DNA from: an uncultured Gammaproteobacteria bacterium
GTDB lineage: Bacteria > Pseudomonadota > Gammaproteobacteria > JAURND01
Direction: 5' to 3'
Length of the DNA: 64,000 nt
Assembly: GCA_963777715.1 (NCBI GenBank)
Contig: CAVZRN010000010.1
Span: 86,211 to 150,210, forward strand
The notes under the pieces were generated by a model, which saw only the letters and a list, made by a program, of their open reading frames with translations, searched no databases and had not been told where the DNA came from. Below are positions 29,266-37,449 of the stretch, piece by piece (positions within the stretch are counted from its first letter, which is position 1; every line of letters starts with the position of its first letter). The position numbers and the translations under genes were made by a program.

Positions 29266-31119
29266 ATGTGCGGAATTGCAGGTTGGCTGTCCTATACCCA
29301 AGATTTGCGTCACAAGCGCGATGTTCTGCAGCGCATGACAGACACTATGACTTTGCGTGGACCAGATGCGGAAGGAGTCTGGGTTGATGGTCCAATTGGC
29401 TTGGGGCACCGTAGACTATCGGTCATCGACCTTGAGGGTGGCCATCAGCCAATGGTGGCAAGGCAAACCAATGATCGAGAAATCGCAGTTATCAGTTACG
29501 TTGGCGAGGTCTACAACTTTAAGGAATTGCGTGCCGAGCTACAGTCAAGAGGTCATTGCTTTGAAACACGCAGCGATACGGAAGTTGTATTGCGAGCCTA
29601 TGTAGAGTGGGGTGAGAGCTTTGCTGAAAGGCTCAACGGTATGTTTGGCTTCGCTATCTGGGATATCCGCACTCAAGAACTGTTGTTAGTCCGTGACCGG
29701 ATGGGCGTGAAGCCTCTATTCTATTTTGAGATGCACGACGGCGTTGTGTTTGGTTCGGAACCCAAGGCTATTGTGGCCAACCCGTTAGTCCCGCGTCGGC
29801 TTGCGGCTGATGGCCTGCGTGAGCTTCTGGAGCTGGTAAAGACACCAGGGCAAGCAGTGTTTGCCGGGATGCGTGAGGTGTTACCGGGCGAAATCGTGAA
29901 AATTGGCCGCCAGGGTATTGTCTCCCGACGCTATTGGCAACTGGAAGCGCGTGAACACGTGGACAGTCTTGAACAGACGATCCAACATACCCGGGCGCTT
30001 CTAGAAGACATCGTGGACAGGCAAATGGTCACAGATGTTCCTCTATGCGTCCTGCTGTCGGGCGGCCTCGATTCTTCCACCATAACTGCATTAGCCTCAA
30101 AAAAGCTTCTCGCTCTTGGCAAGGAAAACATCCGCACTTTTTCGCTCGATTTCAAGGACCACGGGGCTGATTTTGTAAGTGATGGCTTTCGATTGACTCC
30201 AGATACACCATTTGTCAATGACATGGTTAAGTGGATCAAGTCCAGACACGGGCAAATTATTCTCGACAGCCAGGAGTTAGCCAATCCGAGCCTACATGCG
30301 ATGGTCGTCCGTGCGCTCGACCTGCCGCCTGCTTACTGGGGTGACCTGTATCCATCCCTATACCGTCTCTTCGAAGAAGTGCGTAAATATTCAACAGTCG
30401 CACTCTCAGGGGAAGCCGCAGACGAGGTATTTGGTGGCTACCGCTGGTTCCATGACCCGAAGGCGATCCCGGCAAATACCTTCCCCTGGATGACGTCGGC
30501 TACCATTAAGCTTTTTGATGGCAAGAGCCTGTTTGACCAACAGCTGCTCGACAAACTAGACATGGAGCACTTCGTACGTGATAGCTACATGCAAGCTCTG
30601 AATGCAGTACCTGAACTCCCCAGCGAGAATGCTGTAAATCGTCGTATGCGGCAGATAACACATCTTCACCTGACTCGTTACGTGCAGTCCCTGCTGGATC
30701 GAAAGGACCGCATGAGCATGGCGGTGGGGTTAGAATTACGTGTACCATTTTGTGATCATAACCTGGTCGAATACGCCTTCAATATTCCCTGGGAAATGAA
30801 GACATTTGACGGCAGAGAGAAGAGCGTCCTGCGTGCTGCAGCCCAAGACATGCTGCCGGACTCCATCGTAAAACGAGTTAAAAATCCTTATCCTGCCACA
30901 CAAGACCCGGCCTATGAACAAAAACTGCGCATAGCAATGACCAAGATCGTGTCTGACAATAACGCGCCCATTAGGCCGCTGCTTGATTTAGGACGCGTAA
31001 ATGAAACTCTGAGCCGGAAAACTGGCGCAGTTTCGCCGTTACATGATCGCATGGGCATGGAGCGAGTCATTGGCATGAACACTTGGTTGGCCGAGTACAA
31101 TGTTACGTTGGATATTTGA
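29266..31119 (+). CDS. asparagine synthetase B-type glutamine amidotransferase/adenylating enzyme
   Basis: 617 aa. Has the N-terminal nucleophile MCGIAG, the PP-loop LLSGGLDSS and SGEAADEVFGGY. G+C is markedly higher than in the neighbouring genes. Confidence 0.88.
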   Translation: MCGIAGWLSYTQDLRHKRDVLQRMTDTMTLRGPDAEGVWVDGPIGLGHRRLSVIDLEGGHQPMVARQTNDREIAVISYVGEVYNFKELRAELQSRGHCFETRSDTEVVLRAYVEWGESFAERLNGMFGFAIWDIRTQELLLVRDRMGVKPLFYFEMHDGVVFGSEPKAIVANPLVPRRLAADGLRELLELVKTPGQAVFAGMREVLPGEIVKIGRQGIVSRRYWQLEAREHVDSLEQTIQHTRALLEDIVDRQMVTDVPLCVLLSGGLDSSTITALASKKLLALGKENIRTFSLDFKDHGADFVSDGFRLTPDTPFVNDMVKWIKSRHGQIILDSQELANPSLHAMVVRALDLPPAYWGDLYPSLYRLFEEVRKYSTVALSGEAADEVFGGYRWFHDPKAIPANTFPWMTSATIKLFDGKSLFDQQLLDKLDMEHFVRDSYMQALNAVPELPSENAVNRRMRQITHLHLTRYVQSLLDRKDRMSMAVGLELRVPFCDHNLVEYAFNIPWEMKTFDGREKSVLRAAAQDMLPDSIVKRVKNPYPATQDPAYEQKLRIAMTKIVSDNNAPIRPLLDLGRVNETLSRKTGAVSPLHDRMGMERVIGMNTWLAEYNVTLDI

Positions 31120-31167
31120 TCGCAATCAGGCTATCGACGTTGAAAGAATGAAACAGGATAAGTTAAG

Positions 31168-32367
31168 GTGCTAGCAGAACCCACAAACTCATCGATTCGT
31201 ATTTGGTTGACGGTGATTGTCCTTGGCGTTGCTGCATTTGCCATGGTGACGACCGAGTTCGCACCTATTGGGCTGCTATCCCAGATAGCATTCAATTTAG
31301 GGCGGGACCGCTCCACAATTGGGCTTACTGTGGCCATCTATGCCTGGATTGGTGCAGCCAGCGGTTTACTATCAGCTGTCCTGCACCATCGCTTTCCACG
31401 GAAGCCGTTGCTGGTTGCGTTGATGCTGGTTCTCGCTGTATCGAACGCTGCGGCGATGATTTCCCAGACATTCTCGGCGTTGTTGTTGGCACGGATATTG
31501 GGGGCCATCTCCCATGGGGTTTTCTGGGCAATGGTCGCCGCGTCTGCAACGCAGATTGCCCCACCCAATCGCATGGGTCTTGCGACAGCGATTGTATTTG
31601 GCGGGATATCGATCGCGACCGTAATGGGCGTGCCGCTCACGAATCTAATCGGGGAAGCAAACGGTTGGCGAGTGGCGTTTGGCGTACTCAGCGCGCTCTG
31701 TCTGTTGACCGCGTTGCTCATGATTGTCGTCATCCCTAAGATGAAGGTTAACGTAATGGCTAGTGGCTTCACGCTGAGGTGTGTGTTGCGCCGCCATGGC
31801 TTGCTTGTCATCTATTTGGTTACCGCCTTCACGGCAGCAGCGCATTTCGGAGCATACACATTCGTTGAACCCTTTATTGGGGAAATACCTGGCATTTCTC
31901 ACTTTATGATTGCAGTACTGTTGTTCGGTTTTGGAGCGGCGGGACTGCTCGGCAATATCCTGACTGCGCTGTTCATCGATCGTTTCATGAAACCGATTAT
32001 TGTGTTGGCGCTGCTTGCTCTGTGCTTGACACTTATTACCCTGGGACGGTTTGGACCCACATCTGGGACTGTATCAGTGCTTATTCTTCTTGTAATCTGG
32101 GGTGCTGCAATAGCAACGCTTTTTGCAGGCCTACAGACTTGGGTTTTACGGGTTGCTGGTTTAGCAACCATGGCTGCAGCGGCATTTCATACTGCGGTTC
32201 TCAACGCATCCATCGGTATCGGAGCCATGATTGGTGCCTGGAGTCTAAATATTTTCGGTTTGTCTGGAGCGATGTTATCCGCAGGCGTAGTTGTTATCCC
32301 CGCTCTCTTAATGATTTTATTGCAGGGGCCGTTAACTCAAAACCGTAACGTCTCCTTCAATCAATGA
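31168..32367 (+). CDS. MFS transporter (DHA1-like efflux type)
   Basis: 399 aa with ~12 predicted hydrophobic helices. The N-terminal motif is TTEFAPIGLLSQIA. The many overlapping ORF-track entries here are artefacts of high G+C. Confidence 0.85.
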   Translation: MLAEPTNSSIRIWLTVIVLGVAAFAMVTTEFAPIGLLSQIAFNLGRDRSTIGLTVAIYAWIGAASGLLSAVLHHRFPRKPLLVALMLVLAVSNAAAMISQTFSALLLARILGAISHGVFWAMVAASATQIAPPNRMGLATAIVFGGISIATVMGVPLTNLIGEANGWRVAFGVLSALCLLTALLMIVVIPKMKVNVMASGFTLRCVLRRHGLLVIYLVTAFTAAAHFGAYTFVEPFIGEIPGISHFMIAVLLFGFGAAGLLGNILTALFIDRFMKPIIVLALLALCLTLITLGRFGPTSGTVSVLILLVIWGAAIATLFAGLQTWVLRVAGLATMAAAAFHTAVLNASIGIGAMIGAWSLNIFGLSGAMLSAGVVVIPALLMILLQGPLTQNRNVSFNQ

Positions 32368-32428
32368 AGACTTATAGCTGGTGTTTCTGGCGATTCTTTG
32401 GAAATTAAACATAAAAATACATGCAAGC

Positions 32429-32848
32429 ATGCAACATAGTGAAGAGATTTGTGAAAATAGGTGGCAAATTAAATTAATAGCGCCAGGCGATCTTCGAGCT
32501 TCTGAGGAATGCAATTGGGATCGAGCCAAGGCCTTACGCGATAAAATACTACGCGATAATGTTTGGTCTGTCCCACTATTAGTTGAGGGAGTCAGAAAAA
32601 TCGTGATGGATGGACATCATAGGCTGCTAGTTGCTCAGATGTTAAATTTTAAATATGTGCCGTGTGTGCTGCTATCGTACGAAGACAAACGTGTTAGCGT
32701 TACATCATGGGCTGATTCATCACCCTTCGATTACAAAACTATTCTAAATGCGGGGGTGACAGGGCGGTTACTTCTTTATAAAACAACAAGGCATCACTTG
32801 TCAGAATATATACCCAGATGTGATATCCGATTGGACGATTTGAGATGA
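32429..32848 (+). CDS. ParB/sulfiredoxin-fold (ParB-like nuclease domain) small protein
   Basis: About 139 aa from the ATG at 32429. The motif is PLLVEGVRKIVMDGHHRLLVAQML. It is the last gene of the co-directional block. Confidence 0.65.
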   Translation: MQHSEEICENRWQIKLIAPGDLRASEECNWDRAKALRDKILRDNVWSVPLLVEGVRKIVMDGHHRLLVAQMLNFKYVPCVLLSYEDKRVSVTSWADSSPFDYKTILNAGVTGRLLLYKTTRHHLSEYIPRCDIRLDDLR

Positions 32849-32900
32849 CATCCTCCCCATTCTAAAGGCTTCACAGACTATCTGACTTGAATCCAAAAGA

Positions 32901-32941
32901 GGACATTTCTAAATTGCCCAAAGTGGACATTACTAAATTGC
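32901..32941 (+). repeat. two 17-nt direct repeats GGACATTNCTAAATTGC spaced 24 nt apart
   Basis: ggacatttctaaattgc lies at 32901..32917 and ggacattactaaattgc at 32925..32941, ~115 nt upstream of the porin gene. Confidence 0.6.
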
Positions 32942-33054
32942 TCCTACGTTGTTTTATCCACGGGCGCATGATGGTATTATGTACAGATTAATTGCTATGG
33001 GATATTCCTGTCGCCAGCAACAGGAGTTACTATCAAGATTATTAACCACAGGGA

Positions 33055-34110
33055 GTGATGATGAAAAAACTTATTCTGGTTGCATCAACCGTCGGCTTAA
33101 TTGCCTCAATTAACACCTATGCAGCAGTTCCTACCGGCGCTGCGCCATTTCAAGTAGTAGTTCCCAACTTAAAAAGTGGTTTGGAATTTACCGTAGAGGG
33201 GTTGTACTTGCAGCCTACCAATTCGGATTTGGATTACGCCACGTTTGTTACTACCGTTTCCAACCCAACCAACACGTCAGTTTCTACGGTTAATCCAGAC
33301 TCTGATTTTGGCTTCCGTATTGGTTTGGCCTATGTATTCCCCAATTCAGGCAACGACGTCCAATTAAACTGGACGCATTTTGACAACAGCGATAGTGATA
33401 GCGCCAGTAATAACAGTGTCGATGGCATCATTATTACCCGTGGCGGTTCTATTTTTTCCAGCTCAGATAGCACATTCGTTGCAAATAGCGATGCGGATTT
33501 TAATTATGATGCGGTGGATTTGGATGTGGGACAATACCTTAGCATCGGTACTCGCTTACAGGCACGACTATTTGCTGGCCTACGTTATGTGCAAGTTAAA
33601 AATAATCTAGTCGATACCTATACGCTATCGTCTGCTGCGAGCGTCACAGCAAGTGGCTATGAGAGCTTTAACTCTAAATTTACGGGTATTGGTCCACGTC
33701 TTGGTGTGAATGTTAACTATCATGTGGGAAATTGCTTTGGCATCGTGGGGGAGGTTTCAACGGCCTTATTAGTGGGTCGAGTTGAATCGAGCAGTATTAT
33801 TAGCGAGTCTTTTGCATCGACTGCACAAGATCCTGTCGTCTCTTCCGACAATCAAACTCGTGTGGCGCCAGCCATCGATGCTAAATTAGGTATCGATTAT
33901 TCCTGGCCGATTCGCAACGATGCACAGCGTTTTACCATTGAGGCAGGTTATCAGGTAACGCAATACATTGATGCAATTGACAGACTTTCTAGTAACGCGT
34001 CCCCACCCGTGAGCGCAAATCTTATGAGCATTAATAACGGCAATGCAGTAAGGACTACCAGTGGTATTGGATTTAATGGTCCCTATCTGAGCTTGAATTT
34101 TAAACTGTAA
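33055..34110 (+). CDS. Legionella-type major outer membrane protein (MOMP-family porin)
   Basis: 351 aa. Has a signal peptide ending YAA, alternating beta-strand pattern and a C-terminal ...GPYLSLNFKL. The start TGAAPFQVVVPNLKSGLEFTVEGLYLQP is typical of Legionella/Coxiella MOMP-like porins. Confidence 0.75.
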   Translation: MMMKKLILVASTVGLIASINTYAAVPTGAAPFQVVVPNLKSGLEFTVEGLYLQPTNSDLDYATFVTTVSNPTNTSVSTVNPDSDFGFRIGLAYVFPNSGNDVQLNWTHFDNSDSDSASNNSVDGIIITRGGSIFSSSDSTFVANSDADFNYDAVDLDVGQYLSIGTRLQARLFAGLRYVQVKNNLVDTYTLSSAASVTASGYESFNSKFTGIGPRLGVNVNYHVGNCFGIVGEVSTALLVGRVESSSIISESFASTAQDPVVSSDNQTRVAPAIDAKLGIDYSWPIRNDAQRFTIEAGYQVTQYIDAIDRLSSNASPPVSANLMSINNGNAVRTTSGIGFNGPYLSLNFKL

Positions 34111-34336
34111 TAAAAATTAGAACTGCCGTATCCGGACGTTGGCACAGGACACAGCCTGGGTTAACTTGTATTTTCGTACCGTCCAGAGCATTTTAAGGCG
34201 CGATGAGTGTATAATAGTTGCCTGGTATTAGGGCAAGCAGGAAATTTTTGTAGTCATCGATTTCGTGGATGATGGCTGCAAGATGCTGCTTTTTAACAGC
34301 AAACTTTAGCAATGTGCCACCATTTTCCCGTCCTTC

Positions 34337-35425
34337 ATGAGCCTAACGCTACTAGATATCCAACATTTGCGCAACTTAGAGGAGGTTAGGGCAGAGTTTG
34401 CGAGTAAATTCAATCTAATATACGGTGATAATGGCAGTGGTAAGACTAGCCTGTTAGAGGCCATACATTATCTTGTGCTAGGAAGATCGTTTAGAACTCG
34501 CCTTAATTCTCGTATTGTATATCACGAAGCTGATTGTTTTCGCTTGTTTGGTCATATTCAAAAGGCTGACCAGGCTTGGTTGGTAGGTATTGAACGATAT
34601 GCCAACGGCGATGGTCGCCTACGTATCAATGAACAGAATGCCAAATCCTTTATCGAAATAACCCAAGCATTACCCGTTCGCTTGTTGTATACCGACAGCC
34701 GTTTATTGCTAACAGGGACATCAAAGCTGCGTCGCCAGTTTATTGACTGGGGAGTGTTCCACGTGGAACCAACCTTCATCACGTATTGGCAGCATGTCCA
34801 GCGTGCCTTAAAACAGCGTAATGCCGCGCTAAGGTCGCGTGCTGCGAAGGCATTAATCCAACTATGGGATGATGAGTTAGATAAGGCAACGCACACACTA
34901 AACACCATGCGTAGAGGTTACATTGAGGGGTTTGAGGCTGTTTTTAAAATGATAGTGCAAGAGTTGTTGCCTGATATACCCATTTCTATTGCTTATAAAC
35001 CGGGCTGGAATGAAGAAATTGGTTTGAAGCACGTATTGGAGCAATCATTGGCGCGTGATTTAGAGCTAGGGTATACCCAGTATGGTCCGCAAAGAGCTGA
35101 TCTATTAATTAGGGTGAATAAAACCATCCCAGCCCAGGATAAGCTTTCCCAAGGTCAACAGAAGTTATTGGTATATGCTCTGTATCTTGCCCAGGGTGTT
35201 TTTTTGAAACAGCAGTTAGGAAGGTCATGTGTTTATCTGTTGGATGATTTACCTGCGGAATTGGACCAACACAACCGCCAGCGTGTGTTAAAGATGCTGG
35301 AAACTATCGATGCCCAAGTATTTGTGACGGGAGTTAATCGAGAAGATTTGATGGCGTTTAATTACAGTTCAGAGAATAAAATGTTCCACGTGGAACGAGG
35401 GAGGGTGCTGGAAGCAGCACTTTGA
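34337..35425 (+). CDS. recF: DNA replication and repair protein RecF
   Basis: 362 aa. Contains Walker A GDNGSGKTSLLEA, the signature SQGQQK and Walker B VYLLDD. Confidence 0.93.
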   Translation: MSLTLLDIQHLRNLEEVRAEFASKFNLIYGDNGSGKTSLLEAIHYLVLGRSFRTRLNSRIVYHEADCFRLFGHIQKADQAWLVGIERYANGDGRLRINEQNAKSFIEITQALPVRLLYTDSRLLLTGTSKLRRQFIDWGVFHVEPTFITYWQHVQRALKQRNAALRSRAAKALIQLWDDELDKATHTLNTMRRGYIEGFEAVFKMIVQELLPDIPISIAYKPGWNEEIGLKHVLEQSLARDLELGYTQYGPQRADLLIRVNKTIPAQDKLSQGQQKLLVYALYLAQGVFLKQQLGRSCVYLLDDLPAELDQHNRQRVLKMLETIDAQVFVTGVNREDLMAFNYSSENKMFHVERGRVLEAAL

Positions 35426-35577
35426 AAAGGGGGTAGGGAGGGTATGGGTAAGATATTTTGAGCTATAATTATGGGGAGAGCACCTTTCCCCCCAAGGGCT
35501 AGGGTATGCACACATCTTTAAACGAAAGCTATATCCATCGCACTTCAAGTGCGAGATTAGCTTACCAACTACGACTT

Positions 35578-35740
35578 GTCATCCCCGCCGCTCGTAGTTT
35601 GCAAGAGACTACCAACAGGATAGCGGGGAACCAAGACCCAACTTAACAACAGGCTAGGTTTTTAGTATCGAAAAGCTTGGTTTTTGGGTTCCCGCTGTCT
35701 TGTCTGATACTTTTAATAGGCTGTGAGCGGCGGGAATGAC
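35578..35740. repeat. family-A 163-nt palindromic element (MITE-like), copy 1
   Basis: Terminal inverted repeats are gtcatccccgccgctc and gagcggcgggaatgac. A ~100-nt core is nearly identical to the copy at 46583..46745. The element is embedded in a further inverted repeat, ggtatgcacaca (35503) / tgtgtgcatacc (35752). Confidence 0.9.
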
Positions 35741-35818
35741 AACAGGAAAGTTGTGTGCATACCTTATAGCCACAAGGGGAGAAGGGAAAATAGTAAGTTG
35801 CTTAATTAGGAGATAATT

Positions 35819-36148
35819 ATGATTAAAAAATATAATTGGTTGGTAATGTTAGGGGTTATTACAGTAACAACTGTAGGTATGGCTGATATAAATACGCCAA
35901 TGGCTACGCCAAATAACGCCAATAGCTCACCCGATCCGTGTTTAAATAATCCGAATATCTACGTAAAACAGTCGTGTGAACAGGCGCGGCAAGCAACCAC
36001 ACAACGAACACAAGGTAATGCTATGTCACCGGGAGGGGCGCCAGCTACGGGTACCTCGCAAAGTCAAGCTGCTCACTCATCTATGCCGGCATGGCAGCAG
36101 GCATTACAACATAATACAACCAATACACCTGCTGGTAATCCTAATTAA
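35819..36148 (+). CDS. small secreted protein, paralogous to the N-terminal part of the icmW-icmX intervening ORF
   Basis: 109 aa with a signal peptide and the RBS aggaga. It shares DPCLNNPNIYVKQSCEQARQA and MPAWQQAL with DECANSNPYLQQTCQQMKQA and LPAWQQAI of the ORF at 37893..38483. Confidence 0.6.
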   Translation: MIKKYNWLVMLGVITVTTVGMADINTPMATPNNANSSPDPCLNNPNIYVKQSCEQARQATTQRTQGNAMSPGGAPATGTSQSQAAHSSMPAWQQALQHNTTNTPAGNPN

Positions 36149-36160
36149 CCAACTTACCGT

Positions 36161-36414
36161 TTTTCCTTCTCCCCTCGTGGGAGAAGGTGGCCGCACGTTG
36201 GAGTTGGCTTCAAATTTGGCATAGCCAACGTACTATATCAACAGATAAATTTTGATAATACTGTGCGGACGGATGAGGGGGTGATGAGGTTGGCAGAGAA
36301 CTAAGGCTTACCCCTCACCCGCCATACGACGTGTGTCGACCTCTCCCACAAGGGGAGAGGTGATTAATGAATTGACTGCGTCAATGATTTAAAGAGGAGG
36401 AAACAATGCCATGG
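36161..36414. repeat. family-E MITE-like element, copy 1 (right half degenerate)
   Basis: The left end is ccttctcccctcgtgggagaaggtggccgcac (36165..36196). The internal segment is ctgtgcggacggatgaggggg (36261..36281). The degenerate right end is ctctcccacaaggggagagg ... ggaaacaatgccatgg. Confidence 0.75.
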
Positions 36415-36492
36415 TTGAATGAGAACGAACAAGGGTTAGTCGCGATTCTCTACTTAATTTGACCCATTAAAATACAAATTATTTACAAAAAC

Positions 36493-37134
36493 ATGATTGA
36501 TAATATCTATAAAAATACCGCCGCAATTGCAGGCCCTGCTGGAAATTTAGAAGTGGTGATTGCATCCCCAACAAGGGAGGTAGTGCCTGCCGTTGGTATC
36601 ATTTGCCACCCCCATCCGTTGTATGGTGGCGCTATGCACAACAAGGTGGTTACCACATTAGCGCGTACATTTTATGAGTTGGGTTTGTGGAGCATACGTT
36701 TTAATTTTCGGGGGGTCGGGAAGAGCACGGGTACTTATGCTAATGGGGAGGGGGAGACGGAAGATCTGTTAGCGGTAATGCATTGGGCGCGTGAACATTT
36801 TCCCGCACATAAAATTTGGTTGGCTGGTTTCTCCTTTGGGGCGTATGTGGCAATGCAGGGAGCTCGACGAGAAGCTGAAAACGTCAGCTGTCTCATTACC
36901 GTTGCCCCAGCAGTAAATCATATTGATTTTCCTGATAGGGCGGACATACGCTGCCCGTGGATATTAGTCATGGGTGAGGCAGACGAAATTGTGCCATTAC
37001 AAGCAGTAAAACACTGGGTAGAGAAGCAGCCAGCCATCACCAAAAGTATCTATTTTCCCGGGGCAAGTCATTTCTTTCATGGGCATCTAATGCAGCTTCG
37101 AGAGCGGCTAAAAGAGGCGATTCTCGCTATTTAA
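36493..37134 (+). CDS. alpha/beta-fold hydrolase
   Basis: 213 aa. Contains CHPHPLYGGAMHNKVV, the nucleophile elbow GFSFGA, and a C-terminal His region. Confidence 0.75.
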   Translation: MIDNIYKNTAAIAGPAGNLEVVIASPTREVVPAVGIICHPHPLYGGAMHNKVVTTLARTFYELGLWSIRFNFRGVGKSTGTYANGEGETEDLLAVMHWAREHFPAHKIWLAGFSFGAYVAMQGARREAENVSCLITVAPAVNHIDFPDRADIRCPWILVMGEADEIVPLQAVKHWVEKQPAITKSIYFPGASHFFHGHLMQLRERLKEAILAI

Positions 37135-37135
37135 G

Positions 37136-37285
37136 CCATGGCATTGTTTCCTTCTACCGCTTGCGGGAGAAGGTGGCCGCACCTTGGCGTTGGCTATAAA
37201 TTTAATTTAGGCAAGTACTAGATTAGCTCATAAATTATGGAGAATCTGTGCGGACGGATGAGGGTAAGCCATTCTTCCCTACCGG
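37136..37285. repeat. family-E element, copy 2 (left half only)
   Basis: Reads ccatggcattgtttccttctaccgcttgcgggagaaggtggccgcac, then ctgtgcggacggatgaggg (37246..37264). Confidence 0.75.
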
Positions 37286-37323
37286 ATACTTTCTCGCTAT
37301 ACCCTAACAGTTGTACTATAATT

Positions 37324-37413
37324 AACCTGAGTCGGATGTATTAAATAAAATACCGAGAAACTCAGGTTATCCTGGAAGGTTGCCTCATGGATGAGCAAAC
37401 TATCTGGGATCCA
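37324..37413. repeat. family-B double-hairpin repeat, copy 2
   Basis: aacctgagtcgg...aactcaggttatcctggaaggttgcctcatggatgagcaaactatctgggatccag aligns with 9593..9685. Confidence 0.85.
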
Positions 37414-37449
37414 GCGTAATAAAAACAACAAGATGGGAGATCAAAAAGT

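Noticed and set aside
29357-32348. More than twenty ORF-track entries overlapping the asnB-like and MFS genes on both strands (for example 31203..31739 +, 31338..31811 -, 31899..32171 -).
   Set aside because: They lie entirely inside two long ORFs with strong family motifs. Their translations are Arg/Pro/Cys-rich and look nonsensical. They are the expected by-product of locally high G+C, which leaves few stop codons.
34111-34336. A possible dnaN 3' remnant upstream of recF.
   Set aside because: None of the three forward frames gives a DnaN-like C-terminus, so the idea cannot be supported from sequence alone.
35461-37420. Possible CRISPR array, suggested by the many short palindromic repeats.
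   Set aside because: The repeats belong to different families, have irregular spacing and mixed orientation, and are dispersed across the window (9.6, 41.6, 46.6, 51.7 and 62.2 kb). There are no cas genes.
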